Of a DNA stretch of 64,000 nucleotides, positions 50,901 through 64,000 are shown piece after piece (positions within the stretch are counted from its first letter, which is position 1; each line of letters starts with the position of its first letter). The position numbers were made by a program, and so were the translations under genes. The notes beneath the pieces are model-generated. The model ran no database searches, was not told the origin of the DNA, and saw nothing but the letters and a program-made list of their open reading frames with translations. Source of the stretch: Phoronis australis (taxonomy: Eukaryota; Animalia; Phoronida); assembly GCA_002633005.1 (NCBI GenBank), contig NMRA01000329.1, positions 271,219 to 335,218 of the forward strand. Reading direction: 5' to 3'.

Positions 50901-53900
50901 ACTAATACACGATCTGTACTCGAAAACAGTTTAAATGAACGCGCCACTCACGATTCGCACCCGAAGAAACACCGCCATTTTGAACTTGTCGCGAACCCGG
51001 AAGTACAATTCATTCAGGAACCCAGGCGATTGGAGCAGTGCCTGTACTGTTACCAGCCAGCAAACGNNNNNNNNNNNNNNNNNNNNNNNNNNNNNNNNNN
51101 NNNNNNNNNNNNNNNNNNNNNNNNNNNNNNNNNNNNNNNNNNNNNNNNNNNNNNNNNNNNNNNNNNNNNNNNNNNNNNNNNNNNNNNNNNNNNNNNNNNN
51201 NNNNNNNNNNNNNNNNNNNNNNNNNNNNNNNNNNNNNNNNNNNNNNNNNNNNNNNNNNNNNNNNNNNNNNNNNNNNNNNNNNNNNNNNNNNNNNNNNNNN
51301 NNNNNNNNNNNNNNNNNNNNNNNNNNNNNNNNNNNNNNNNNNNNNNNNNNNNNNNNNNNNNNNNNNNNNNNNNNNNNNNNNNNNNNNNNNNNNNNNNNNN
51401 NNNNNNNNNNNNNNNNNNNNNNNNNNNNNNNNNNNNNNNNNNNNNNNNNNNNNNNNNNNNNNNNNNNNNNNNNNNNNNNNNNNNNNNNNNNNNNNNNNNN
51501 NNNNNNNNNNNNNNNNNNNNNNNNNNNNNNNNNNNNNNNNNNNNNNNNNNNNNNNNNNNNNNNNNNNNNNNNNNNNNNNNNNNNNNNNNNNNNNNNNNNN
51601 NNNNNNNNNNNNNNNNNNNNNNNNNNNNNNNNNNNNNNNNNNNNNNNNNNNNNNNNNNNNNNNNNNNNNNNNNNNNNNNNNNNNNNNNNNNNNNNNNNNN
51701 NNNNNNNNNNNNNNNNNNNNNNNNNNNNNNNNNNNNNNNNNNNNNNNNNNNNNNNNNNNNNNNNNNNNNNNNNNNNNNNNNNNNNNNNNNNNNNNNNNNN
51801 NNNNNNNNNNNNNNNNNNNNNNNNNNNNNNNNNNNNNNNNNNNNNNNNNNNNNNNNNNNNNNNNNNNNNNNNNNNNNNNNNNNNNNNNNNNNNNTATAAA
51901 TACACTACATATGCAAACGAATCACGATATATTACTAATAAAACAAAATAATGAAGACTTTTCGAGCAAGCCATAGCACATTCAGTTACAAGGAAAAAAT
52001 GGCGGCGTTCAGGACAAGTTCCTGAACTGATGAGCCGGAAATGTGGGTACGGAAATAACCGATGACAACCAGTAATCATACGCTCAGAGAGAAGGGTCAA
52101 ATACTGTTAAAAAATCGCTTTTGGCAAGAAAGGTGAAAAGAATATAAAGAAAGGGTGTCGAAAATAAGAATTTATGTAGTAAGCATTTTCGGATACTAGA
52201 ACCACCTGGGCAGTTTGCAACAAGGACTTTAAAGGAACCTCCATTTTGGCTTTGTCGGCCATGTTGTCTTTCCACCTATTGACATGTAATTGTTGTACCT
52301 TGTTCATTACAGCCATGAGAGGACAAAGCAATTATTGATTGTTAGATTATAATTCTTGTTTACAAATTGTCCTGCTGCTTGTAGAGCTGGAATTTTTCAG
52401 TTGTGACACAAATCTGATATCTCTCTTGTCTCTTATTAAGGTTATGCTTTAAGACTGTTGAAAAATGCACAAAGTTGGCTAACCTTGTAATGTCATATCT
52501 CAGATAGGAAATGTCTGATCAAAACGTATTTATTTTGCTTATACTGTTTTATCAAAGGCTTGTGTTAAAATGTTCCATTTTTGCATTCAATTGCTGTCAA
52601 AAATAGGATGTTTGTGATTTTTATGGTCATGTGTCTGCAGTTAATGACAGATTGGTTTAAAGGTAGAAACCAAAGACTTCATGCTTTCTACATTCATGGT
52701 TTTTCAGAGTTAATTTCTATATGAGAGTTTTGTAGACAAGGTTAACGCACAAACTTTTTGATGCACAACCTTAAGTGTCTCGCATAAACTTAGTATCCTA
52801 CACAACCTTAAGTGACCCCATATGTGAACCAGTTCTCGGAGAGAAGTTTTCTGTCTGTGAAAGGAGGGTATTTCCTTCATTGTCAGAGGAAGCAGTATGG
52901 CCTTGTGGGTCGAGTGTTCTCCTCTTGTTATCTGAGTTGTAGGTTCAAATCCCACTGCACCCCACAATTCTCACTGCTAGTCCCTAGAGTCAAGTCTCTA
53001 GCTCCTCAGATACATGTTATATTTGTATATTACCGGTAATTATGAAAATGGTTTCAGGTGCTGGGTGCAATAGGCTTGAGCCGTCTCCGCATGTGTGATG
53101 CAACATGTATCAGAGCACCTGTATAATTTTTTTCTTTGTCAGTTGCTACTACCTGTATAATCAATGAGCCTGACTAAATTATGACATTTTTATTGACACA
53201 TGGTATGCTCAAGATAAAACAAGTGCTTTTAGATCCTTTTGGACTGTACAATATTGCGGATATTACCTTTTCAGCATCCTATCACTGGTAGAAGCTACGC
53301 GACAATATAGCAATTAGTGAATAAATTAGTGATTTTTTTATCGTAAACATTTTTAAAGTCTGATCAGCATGCCATCTATGGACTAAAGCATTTGCATGGT
53401 TAGCGGAAGGTCCCAGGTTTGAGTCCTGGTTAATGCAGAAATCTTTTCAGACCTGTATTTGTGATGTGGCCACGGGTGGCGTGCTGACCAGACTTAAAAA
53501 TGTTTGCGTTACCAATTATTGTGGTAAAAGTTCACTAAATTTGGACAGAAATAATTTCCAAAAGTTCCCTTTCCTTCCCTTTCTGAGGGCATCTAACGTT
53601 GTTGTTAATGCCCACACCTTGTCAAGATATTTTCATGTTATGCATTGCTCAGAACTTAAGCATGACAAGGTATTCAGTTAGTGCTATCTTTTCTGAACAA
53701 AATGGGAAAATTTAAAATTTCACTTGACTACTTACAATATTATGTCCAAAATAGGTGGGATTTTACACTATTCACTGTTTGCAAGGCCTGTGAATCCAGA
53801 TCATTAAGTGAGATGACTTTGATAAGAGTTGTGGCCCTTTCATACTAACATAGCTCTGGTATGAGCACAGCATCGACATAAGCCGCGAAGTTAATTGAAT

Positions 53901-56900
53901 CGCCCGTACCGTCTTTGGTAGTTAGAGGCGTCGAAGTAAACGGTAGGTGACGCTGTCCTCATCGAAGTAACCGTAAGGTAGCACTGATGCATTCCGTGCA
54001 CATTAAGATTTTTTTAATGTGACAATGTGAGAACATTTATGTTTGCTAATATGACATAACACTTGTTTCTAATTTGATTGGTGATTACTCAAGCAAAATA
54101 TAAGCAACTGTTAGCGACGACTCTTCCCTTTAATTGTTGATGATAACAAGAACCTGGTAACAATGCGATGAGTCTGAAATTGACCGTTCATACCGCACCA
54201 CAACTCCCCACAACAGTGACGTGTCAACATTATCATGAAAGGGCGATCTGAAATTAGTACTCCATATTAATTAACATTTTGTGAAGTCAAATTGCCACCA
54301 TTGAGTGTGCAAAGTAGTGCATTAAAGATAGACATTTCAGTAACTGCCTAAAACCCAAATTATAAACCAATAACTCAACCACACTACACGTTTCAAACCA
54401 ATGAGTGTGTGTGTATATTTTTTCTCAGTGCCTTGTATGGCTTTCCAAGATTTTACCATAATTGTATTGTATAATATGTTCTGCATTTGTTTATGGTTTG
54501 GTGTTTTGTCATTAATATCAGACGATCTATTGTTTACAATAGCAATGTTGTTTATAAGGTCGAATGTGACAACTGTAAGGAATTCTGTATCAGACTCACT
54601 CGGAGACGCCTCTGTGACAGGCTGAGAGAACATCACACCTCAGAGAATTTAAGCAACATATATAGGCATTGTGTTCGCAACAATCATCAAGCCAATTCAG
54701 TTAGTGTTATCTGCAGTGAAACTAATAAGGAATTACTATACATTAAAGTCACTGGCCATTCAGGAGGCACAGAACAGTTCTCACTGGGTTTTGCCCAGCA
54801 AAACACACATCACTTGATTTGTCACCTTTTCTTCACTCTGTCAAAAACAGGATGCAAAGAATGGCATGTTTTCAATTATTTCACATAAAAAGCCCAGCAG
54901 ATGAGCACAGAAACTTTATTCTTTCTTGTATTTTTGACCATTTCATTCCCACTGAAAACCAAGCTAGACTAAGAAAAATAAGGGCAAAAAAATGCAAAAT
55001 CGGCACTTTTCACCCGAAAAACACCACTTCCCTGCCGATGCACGACTAAAACCAANNNNNNNNNNNNNNNNNNNNNNNNNNNNNNNNNNNNNNNNNNNNN
55101 NNNNNNNNNNNNNNNNNNNNNNNNNNNNNNNNNNNNNNNNNNNNNNNNNNNNNNNNNNNNNNNNNNNNNNNNNNNNNNNNNNNNNNNNNNNNNNNNNNNN
55201 NNNNNNNNNNNNNNNNNNNNNNNNNNNNNNNNNNNNNNNNNNNNNNNNNNNNNNNNNNNNNNNNNNNNNNNNNNNNNNNNNNNNNNNNNNNNNNNNNNNN
55301 NNNNNNNNNNNNNNNNNNNNNNNNNNNNNNNNNNNNNNNNNNNNNNNNNNNNNNNNNNNNNNNNNNNNNNNNNNNNNNNNNNNNNNNNNNNNNNNNNNNN
55401 NNNNNNNNNNNNNNNNNNNNNNNNNNNNNNNNNNNNNNNNNNNNNNNNNNNNNNNNNNNNNNNNNNNNNNNNNNNNNNNNNNNNNNNNNNNNNNNNNNNN
55501 NNNNNNNNNNNNNNNNNNNNNNNNNNNNNNNNNNNNNNNNNNNNNNNNNNNNNNNNNNNNNNNNNNNNNNNNNNNNNNNNNNNNNNNNNNNNNNNNNNNN
55601 NNNNNNNNNNNNNNNNNNNNNNNNNNNNNNNNNNNNNNNNNNNNNNNNNNNNNNNNNNNNNNNNNNNNNNNNNNNNNNNNNNNNNNNNNNNNNNNNNNNN
55701 NNNNNNNNNNNNNNNNNNNNNNNNNNNNNNNNNNNNNNNNNNNNNNNNNNNNNNNNNNNNNNNNNNNNNNNNNNNNNNNNNNNNNNNNNNNNNNNNNNNN
55801 NNNNNNNNNNNNNNNNNNNNNNNNNNNNNNNNNNNNNNNNNNNNNNNNNNNNNNNNNNNNNNNNNNNNNNNNNNNNNNNNNGAAATTTGTTTCTGGCATT
55901 CTAATGCTGTGCTAATCTCGTATGTTGGTAAATTTGTTTTTAATTCTATGTTTCTGTGGTGCTTTAAGCAACTGGTGTGTAGGATGTGCTTGTATTATGA
56001 AGATTACTCACATTTTGCCCCTAGCCTATTGAGGAGACAATGACCATGCCTTTCCATTTTGCAAAGTACAACATACTACATGTATGCCCTCTACTGGCCA
56101 CTTAATGGTACCAATAAACAACCCTAGGATACCGTATGAGGTGCAATTGTGGGCGCATTTCAACGCTCTGCGTTGCTCTTGTTGAAGATGTGTTTGGGCA
56201 TGACCATAAGTAGGTATAGATGGTACTTGTAGTGCTCTCGTGTGGGTATGTTAAGTGAGATGACCCAGCTTTGGTGTAGCCATGGTATGCATCATGTTCA
56301 ATCTGGTACTGTTGTGGAAGCATAGATTGATCTTGCTGATTATATTCTCAACTTCTTGGAATTCCCAGTAATATCATTATGAATGATTGTTTGTTTGGAC
56401 TGATGTTACAAATAATGTTTATTGGTCATTAGATGTAAATTAATTCAATCTACTATTGGCTAAACATCACATGGTGGTAAACGATCGTCAGAAGGCAACG
56501 TGTGTCTACCATTAGCTAAACGTTATATGGTGGTAAACGATTATCAGAAGACAAGGTGTGTTCATCACTTCATCTGCTCAATGTTAATCCAGCACAAGAT
56601 TGAATTAATTTATGTTATAATACCAGCACAACTTAATAACTGAAACTATCCATCATTCTACTGCAAGGCAGTACCCATGTCCTGTAATTGCTGAGTCTAG
56701 TGGAAAAAATAGACCTTGAATTCCCAAATTAATCTTTCTTACTTACTGCAAGCAAATAAATCATGATACTTTAATTTCAGAGTAACTCTGAAAACATGGA
56801 AAATCACAACACCACTGATCTTTTCAGCTATGTACTAATTTTGGTTACGTCCACTTAAGTTTGCCATTTAAGTAATAACATATAAAGAAGCAATTGTCAA

Positions 56901-59900
56901 TTATAGGGGGTTCCGGATTTTGAGAACCATCTGGATGCCTGTTATTCAGTGCGGGGAAAACTGGTTCTCAAAATTTAAGTCCTCTATAACTGTTACCTCT
57001 AATAATTTTGTATTGTGCAATTTCAGGAAGCGCGTTTTCATTCTCGGCCCATCTCATCATGTCCGCATACCTGGGTGTGCCCTGTCTTCAACAGAGCGCT
57101 ACCAAACACCTTTCTATGATCTGCCCATCGACCACTATAGTAAGTACAGTTCAGTAGTTCCTTCAAAAAGGGCGATGCAGCGAAAAACATGCAGAGAATT
57201 GCCAACGTCTTAGTGCACAAACCTCTCATACCAGGATTAAATGAAACTTTTTTCAAAAGTTCAAACAGTTGTTCATGTTACCTTCCTTGTTCATTTTAAC
57301 ACTCAAACAGTTGCTGGGCTCATTCTATTTGAACCTCTAAAGTCAGACATCAACTCTTATGGTGGAATCTAAAAAACTGCGGGCCTTTCCACATAATCAA
57401 GTCATGTCTCTGTAGTCTCCATGCAGTGATTAGGTACAGTTGAGCCATGTTACAATGTACCCTTATGTAACATTAGCAGCATTATAAATGTACAAAATTG
57501 ATGATGATTGATTCTGATAAAAGATGACTACAAAACCAACTGTGAAGTGTAGACATGTACAGTAGATGGTAAACATTTGTGCAGCAAAGACTCAATTAAT
57601 TCGAGACTTTTACTTCGGTGTTCAAAAGGATTTTAGTGCTCGATGTGTACATAATAAATTTCTGAAAAATCGTTGAAAGGGTAACAGAGCTATGGCTCCG
57701 CACAAAAAAAAACTGGTCATCGTAGCGACATCTTGTGTGCAATTTCAGATGATGCTTGAGCTTTGTAGGAGTTGCATGTTGTGTATAAATTTGTGAATAC
57801 CAACACGTTTGCAAGCGAGTAAGCTTTAGTTTGGCAACACAGTAACACATTTGTGGAAATCATGTATTGTCACATAAAGGGTTGAATTGTATTAGCCATT
57901 TTAACAATGTCAAAAGCAGCGCTCAGCAGGTGAAATCACTGGCTCGAAAATACAAGAGATGGAATATTCTGCACTCTTATTTCTGGATTTGGGATCATTA
58001 GAAGTGATGACCTATAAAAGAAACACCAAAAGAAGTTTGCTCCCTGCCATATGAATAATACGAGTGAGGTCTATTTTTTACTCGTATTTTACTTTTTCTA
58101 CTTGTATTTTCTAGCGTTTACTCATTTATGTTAGTAGCTAGCCTTGACCCATCCATGCTTTATGTGTACACTCGTGAAAGTATCAGTATACATGAATGGA
58201 TCCTTCAGCAGTTGAGGTGTAAATTTGTCACTACTTTCACTCTTGCGCTTCTTTTTTAATTTGCCGTTTGTTTCTCCTTTCAGTTTATTCCGAGCTAGAA
58301 TCTACAGGACACTTTGAAAAAATGAGTAAACGTATTGACGAGGATGAACACAGTATAGAAATGCATCTTCCTTATATTGCTAAAATAATGGAAAGGTTTG
58401 TAGTGTAATAAAGGCAGATTCCACAGCATTTTGCGTCTCTGTTACAAGGAAAACCATTAAGCAATGGATTATGCATTCTATTGCGGGTCTAATTGATTCT
58501 ACAATTTTTTGTCTCCTTATGCTGAAGATACGACAGTCTTCCTCTTTGTAGCGTTCATAGGGGAAATGTATTTGTGTTCATAACAAGAAGAGATAAATAC
58601 TGTGGTATCACTGTAAAAAATTTACTTCTAAAAGGGGAGACCTTAAGAGTGGTATTACCCTAACCATGTTTTTTGTGCCACCATTCATCTTGAGGTTGAC
58701 ATGGCTAAATTAATCATGAGCATGAGGACTGTTCATGATAGCCATCCCATATTTATTTTCAGTTTGCCCATCTTTCCATATGGCTGGATATTTGGGTATT
58801 AAAAATTATCACCGACTTCAATGTACACATTTGCTGCCTATTTTTTGTTTTGGATTTACTTGTCTCGGAATATACCTCTATGTTCAAATACCAAAGCCAG
58901 TTAGTAAGCTGCTGAATGTACGACACACAATGCCATGGTGAGGTAGTTGTTTTGGCCAAACTTTAGACTATGCATCATGTGCGTGGTGTGGTGTCACATC
59001 TGGGTTAGAATCAAGTTACGTTTTCCAGCATGAACGTTCTTTTTGTTCGCGAGCTATTTTTGCGACAGGTTTGGAAATCTGAAAATTGGGCCACCCATGG
59101 GGTTATGTATGTATGTATGTATGTATTCATCCGAAGAAATGAAAGTCATTCATAATCTTTAATGTTTTGCGAGGTCTTGGAAAATTTTCAAATTTGGCCA
59201 ACTTGATTACATCAGGTCTCAGATATAGCCGATTGGATGTAGATGAAACTTACAGATGCTGTTACTGTTCTCTAAAACATTTCATTGTTTTTAATTTATT
59301 TTGTTCTGGCATTAGGGCTATCAAAAATTGGAACTTGAGATTCTCCAAGTTGCTAAATATGAAAACAGGACAATTTGGGTAAGTGTAACAGTGTTCTGAG
59401 GTTTCATCTTGACCATTTATAGAAAACAGTATTCGTTGTATTATCAATACCCTAGCTTGGTATAACTGTACCTTTTCTTTTTGACTTTTTTTAAGAATCA
59501 TGACTAGTCACATTTTTGTTAATCCTCATTAAAAAGTGAAGCAATTTAAGGACAATTGGAGAACAGTGCAAAATGAGTAGTGTCTTGGTTTCATGTGAAT
59601 CCAACCTGACAGCCATTTTTGAAGTCAGCCAAATTTGGACATTTTTCTAGGGTACTACAAAAAAGAATGTGTAAATCTTGAACCGGCATGGAAATATAAA
59701 TCGAAAATTTTTAAGTCTGGTCGGCACTCCACCTGTTGGCCATGTCACGTATATCATTATCTAATGAACACAAGTCTGAAAATTTCTGCCCCAGCCAGGA
59801 CCTGAAACCAGGACCTTGTGCTAACCTTGCAGACACTCTAGTCCATGGAGCCATCGGGGACATTTATCCAGAAACCTTTTCGGACTACATTCATTAGGTC

Positions 59901-62900
59901 ACATGATGTGGCCAACAGGTGACGTGCAGATCAGACTTAAAATATTTGTGCACTACATAACAACTGTTTTACTCACTTTGTTACAGTTATAGAGGTCAAT
60001 TTACAATAGTTCCCGTCTTAGTTGGGGGTCTCACTCCAGTCAAAGAACGATTATATGGAGAAATATTCAGCAAGTACTTAGGTGATCCTGGCAACCTGTT
60101 TGTGATATCGTCGGACTTTTGTCATTGGGGTAATGTTGTTTGTAATTAGAATTGAGATGTACTAATCATTTTGCTCCTCAGTTTTGTTATTGTTCAAGCA
60201 ACTTGATTGACCAGGGAAGCTGCAACAAAGGAAATACTTCACAGGCTAATTCTAGAATTCATATTCGTTTGAGATTCAACATATGCATTTTCAAATACAG
60301 TACTAACAGGAAACATTCTATGTTAAACTCTCTAGCATTTTGAGAGCACAAAAGCATTTTTTGCTCGACTTAAGTTTTAATTCTGGTGTGCAAGACAGGC
60401 CGAGTTCACAGGGTACTTCGTTTTATTTACAAACAACTTGAAATGAAATTTTTAAATGAATAGTTTGAATATCCCACCGCATAAGAGCGGCATTTTGACA
60501 GAGCATGATTGTTGCAAAAATCTTTTAAAATGTTGAAAAATACCCCTGCGGCATGGCTCATTTTGATGTCACCGCTACAATTTCAAAAAATGGCAAACCA
60601 CTGGTTAACTTCTAATAGACTTTATGCTAAATTTTCATATGCAACCAAAGCCACTTGTGCATTTGTTTAGTAAAATAACTAGAACAGTACACACCAAAAG
60701 CAATTGAACAATTTGTTGGGCAACGGCTACAAATTCAACTGTTAATTGTGATGGCGTAATTTTGAGTTTTGCCAAATCACTTTTGGGACGTGGTCAATAG
60801 GCTTTGATAACTCCCTGTGATGTCGGTAAATATTTTCGTTTTCAGGGGAACGATTCAACTATTGTCATTATGACAAGTCCCAAGGGGAAGTCTGGCAGTC
60901 AATAGAGAACTTAGACAGAATGGTAAATATTAAGCTGCACGCAGCTATGGTTAGATGTCACAGTACATATCTTTGAACTAAAATTCTTTTAAGTTTGTGG
61001 AGGTGAATTGAATTCAGACAAAATGTTAAGCTTTTAAAGCTGGTGCTGCTTAGGATATTTGGCAACTTAATTCAGTCATCGAAGTTTCAAATTTAGTAGA
61101 AATTGTCCATTTGGTTTTCCTTACTCTAGTAAAGCACAATAACCCATTTCCAAGTACAACAGTGTAGCAGTGAACAAAATATGCTAAATCTACGTACTTT
61201 CCTATTGAGAAAGTCAATCCAGCATACAGTGAGTATGTCTGTGTAAACAAAGTGCTTTTCAATAAGACTGCAAATCTGATTTCTAGGGAATGAACATCAT
61301 CGAGTCATTGAATCCAGCTGCTTTCACTGAATACCTTAAGAACTACGGGAACACAATTTGTGGGCGTCACCCCATTGGTGTCTTACTCAACGTAAGTAGA
61401 TGCGTTTACTATTTTTAAGAAGTCAACATGTCAATGGATCGTTATCTAAGGTGGATAACAACAATTACTAGTGTCTTGGCCCTTATGCAACACTGGCCGT
61501 CATGTTTCTGCTTTCCATTTTACTGTGGAACACACTGATTAACTGAACTCGAGGGCTCAACTCAAATTGGTCATTGTATTTACTTGGTGAAATGGACTGC
61601 AGAACCAAACATATGTCTATAAATGCAGACCAGTGGAACAACGCCCGTTTGCCAAAGGTTGCAAATACGGTCCTAGCTAAGTTGGTTATATGCATAAGCG
61701 GATTTAGGGGGGCACCCCCCCCTTAGCTGCCGCAAAAAATAAAACAGTAAGAGCGTAGGGAAATGTTGAGTTTATTAATTAACCCTGGTAATTAAAATTA
61801 TTTGGATGAAAAAAGATTTAAATGTGTGCAGTTTTAGTGTTGGGGGGGGGGCTCAAATCCAATTTCAAGTGTCAAATTCGGAACACGGCGCATTCGTAAC
61901 GAAACTATGGTTAAGTATATGCTCTCCCGCGATATCCCAGGCGACCCGGCAGTGGCGCTGCGCACTACGACTCAGTTTCCGTCGTCTGCTCCACTGTGCA
62001 ATGAACAAAATTTACTTCATTTTTTAAAGAAAATGGAACCTGAGTGACGATGAAAAAACAGAAGCTGCTGGTAAGATGGGAATTTTAATCGAAGCCTTAG
62101 TGAATCACTCAGAAATTCGCAATACTCTCTTTGTCAAACCTTATGTTAAGACGATTTCCAAAGCAATCCCGTCATTATTGCCAACACGAAAAACGGATTT
62201 GGTCTTTTGGGCATTTGAAGACTATTTTAAATACGACAAATTTGTTAAGAATCGATGGCACAAAACGTGTAATAAGCATTACAAAAAGAAGTAGGTTTCG
62301 CGCGCAAACGCTGTGGACCATAAACAAGTAGGTCTCTTAGTATGAGATTAGTAGTGAAATCGTGGTGGTGTAGTGGTAACGCACGCGCGCTGTATGCGCA
62401 AGGTCGTGAGTTCGAGTCTTTGATACTTGCAGTTTTTCCTGTTTGACACGTTCTCCGTGTTTTTTTTTTGCCTTTTTTTCTTGGATAATACTTCAGGAAT
62501 CAAGGAAAATACTTGATTTTTAGATGTAAAAACAGAAAAATTTCCTGGGCGGGAGGGGGGCAAACCCCCCTCCCGACCTCCCTCCATTCGGTGCTATGCG
62601 CATCTACAATCGTGGTTCAGTTTGCGCAAATGTTTACAGCCGGACAGAATGTTGGGCCCCCCCCTTGTGATATCCTAGATCCGCCACTGATATGCACATT
62701 ATTGCAAATGACACACTGCTGCATTTCTAGGATACCGGAAATGTTGCAACGGATGTAAAGTTTATACTCAGACCCACCTTAACGAACTGTAAGCAAACTG
62801 AAATACAAGTAATGACAGTGCTAGCCAAGACTAGACTAACAACCTTCGATAAAATGGACCCTACTAGTTTCTAGTCTATTATGTAACACCACTTCACAGT

Positions 62901-63343
62901 GGTAGTGATCTTTCGTCATCTGTAGATAATTGCCAGTCATGTGAACGTTAAACAAGAAAACAGTTTGCTTCATAAACTGCACGTTATCCATTTTATGTTG
63001 TCATATTCATTATTTATCCATCACTCGCTCCCTCTATAAGGTCATGACGGTACAAAGTAGCAGGGAGTTGGGCATTTGACAGTAATTCAATAATTTACAG
63101 CATTAGAGTAAAATCTTGCGGGCAGCTAGGTAGAGGGATGCCGATAAAAGATTGTAATACAGATTACGTACTTAAGTTAGTCTTACTTTCATTTTACAGG
63201 CTCTTGATTTTCTCCAGAAAAGTGGTACACTGAACGGTCACAAGATGTCACTGCAGTTCACTCAGTATGCTCAATCTGGAAAGTGCACCTCCAGACAAGA
63301 CTCATCCGTTAGCTATGCATCTGCAGCTCTTACAATAATGTGA
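47919..63343 (+). CDS. MEMO1: Protein MEMO1; exons found 47919-47970, 57027-57139, 58284-58395, 59987-60129, 60846-60922, 61287-61391, 63200-63343; the exons encoding ~PARAIIAPHAGY not found (probably in N gaps)
   Basis: [80 protein letters not shown]...DSSVSYAS. Canonical splice sites, and phases consistent from 57027 onward. Stop TGA 63341-43. Confidence 0.95.
49077..49980. mobile_element. Non-autonomous element with ~300-bp TIRs, Kolobok-like (TTAA target)
   Basis: ttaa|aggtgaaagcaaccttttttcatgtcatttttagc...atgtactcattat (49077-49379) is inverted at 49678-49980 (ataatgagtacat...gctaaaaatgacatgaaaaaagttgcctttc); right flank ttga is degenerate. Confidence 0.8.
50433..50818. mobile_element. 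Kolobok-like MITE
   Basis: ttaa|agggacatta ... taatgtccct|taaa. Confidence 0.6.
52892..52965 (+). repeat. tRNA-derived SINE head / tRNA-like relic
   Basis: A-box-like tggccttgtggg and B-box ggttcaaatccc at tRNA spacing, but no intact cloverleaf. Confidence 0.5.
53342..53508 (+). mobile_element. TIR element enclosing a tRNA-derived segment (short copy)
   Basis: cgtaaacatttttaaagtctgatcagcatgcc ... ggcgtgctgaccagacttaaaaatgtttgcg; internal B-box-like ggtttgagtcc. Same family as 59702-59950. Confidence 0.7.
54530..54750 (+). mobile_element. Degenerate Penelope-like GIY-YIG endonuclease fragment
   Basis: [31 protein letters not shown]...SNIYRHC resembles the Penelope pattern VVYxxxCxxCxxxYIGxTxRxLxxRxxEH; the YIG motif has decayed to CIR. 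Confidence 0.7.
55882..56183 (-). mobile_element. Second copy (5' part) of the HINE-like element at 25393-26758; runs into the N gap
   Basis: Reverse complement matches 25394-~25697 almost base for base and ends in ctcttgtt. Confidence 0.85.
59702..59950 (-). mobile_element. TIR element enclosing a tRNA-derived segment (longer copy, opposite orientation)
   Basis: tttttaagtctggtcggcactccacctgttggcca ... tggccaacaggtgacgtgcagatcagacttaaaa. The minus strand reads tggctccatgg...ggtttcaggtcc (A/B-box-like). Confidence 0.7.
61693..62689 (+). mobile_element. ~1-kb non-autonomous hAT-like element with 5-bp TSD containing a tRNA-derived segment
   Basis: ATATG|cataagcggattt ... agatccgccactg|ATATG. 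Internal ggtgtagtggtaac...gagttcgagtc at ~62367-62420. Second copy at 28625-29310. Confidence 0.8.
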
Positions 63344-64000
63344 TGCAAAACACCTCAACATGCGGCATGCGTATCAAGGTCCATGGAAGGACGAAAGAAA
63401 ATGTCATTTGTTGAAAGAAACCTATAGGACATGAGATCTTGCATCATGACAATTTGTGGTTTTATGAGCACGCATTCTAAATGGGGGTTACTGACTGTGG
63501 CTACTGACTGCGATGTGAACCTTCGACAAAGACTATTGTTGCTCAAAAAGTACGATATTACAATAGGATTTTTTTAATGAACTCATACCTTAGGGTACTA
63601 CTAGAGCCCCGATAGTTTAAAAGTCATGGTTTTTTTGTTGAGTGCATCATCAAATTTAGACTGGCGAAATGAGTAATGATCCAAGGCAATGCAGCTAGTT
63701 TCTCAAAAGCAGTTGGATGGATCGATTCATCGCATGAACATGAATCTTAGTTATCGGTAATAATCGTGTAGTAATGCTGTAAACATAAATAGAAAATAAA
63801 GATTAACTCTTTATTTTTTATCCTAGTTGAGTTTTTGCCTCAGAGGTTGAGCTTCTGTTTACCATTACTTAAAGACTACCTTCAACAGAATTTTGTTATT
63901 TTAGATGTATTGGGCTAACCAGATAGTACTAGCAAAGCCTTAGTAAAATAAGAAAACACGAGTTCAATCACACAAATGTAAGCCAGTCAAATGATAGGTG

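Noticed and set aside
50811-55915. Long ORFs of 307-389 aa
   Set aside because: Artefacts of reading through N runs.
62360-62430. Functional tRNA genes here or at 52892, 53380 and 59800
   Set aside because: A/B boxes are present but the stems are broken, and three of the four segments sit inside TIR elements.

Overview
AT-rich, intron- and repeat-rich animal genomic DNA, probably from a marine invertebrate (inferred), from a draft assembly with three large N gaps and three single-N joins. I reconstructed four spliced host genes by hand from GT/AG boundaries and frame continuity. They are the 3' end of a RING-CH/MARCH-type E3 ligase (+, 781-2107), EIF2B2 (-, 12 coding exons, 7538-20349, first coding exon not found), a complete 9-exon PSAT1 (+, 37258-44319) and MEMO1 (+, 47919-63343, two exons probably in gaps). 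The most unusual object is a ~7-kb DNA transposon (~21500-28623, -). It encodes a spliced ~950-aa DDE/CxxH (hAT-related) transposase ending in a Spindlin/Tudor-like domain. Its intron holds a Helentron-type (HINE) element with a regularly spaced, same-orientation array of CTCF-consensus motifs. Also present: a CAC...GTG element with a 5-bp TSD (Transib/RAG-like hallmarks), TIR elements enclosing tRNA-derived Pol III cassettes, hAT-like MITEs with 5- and 6-bp TSDs, Kolobok-like and Tc1-like MITEs, a LINE 3' fragment and a Penelope GIY-YIG relic. Family assignments rest on motif recognition, not database searches.
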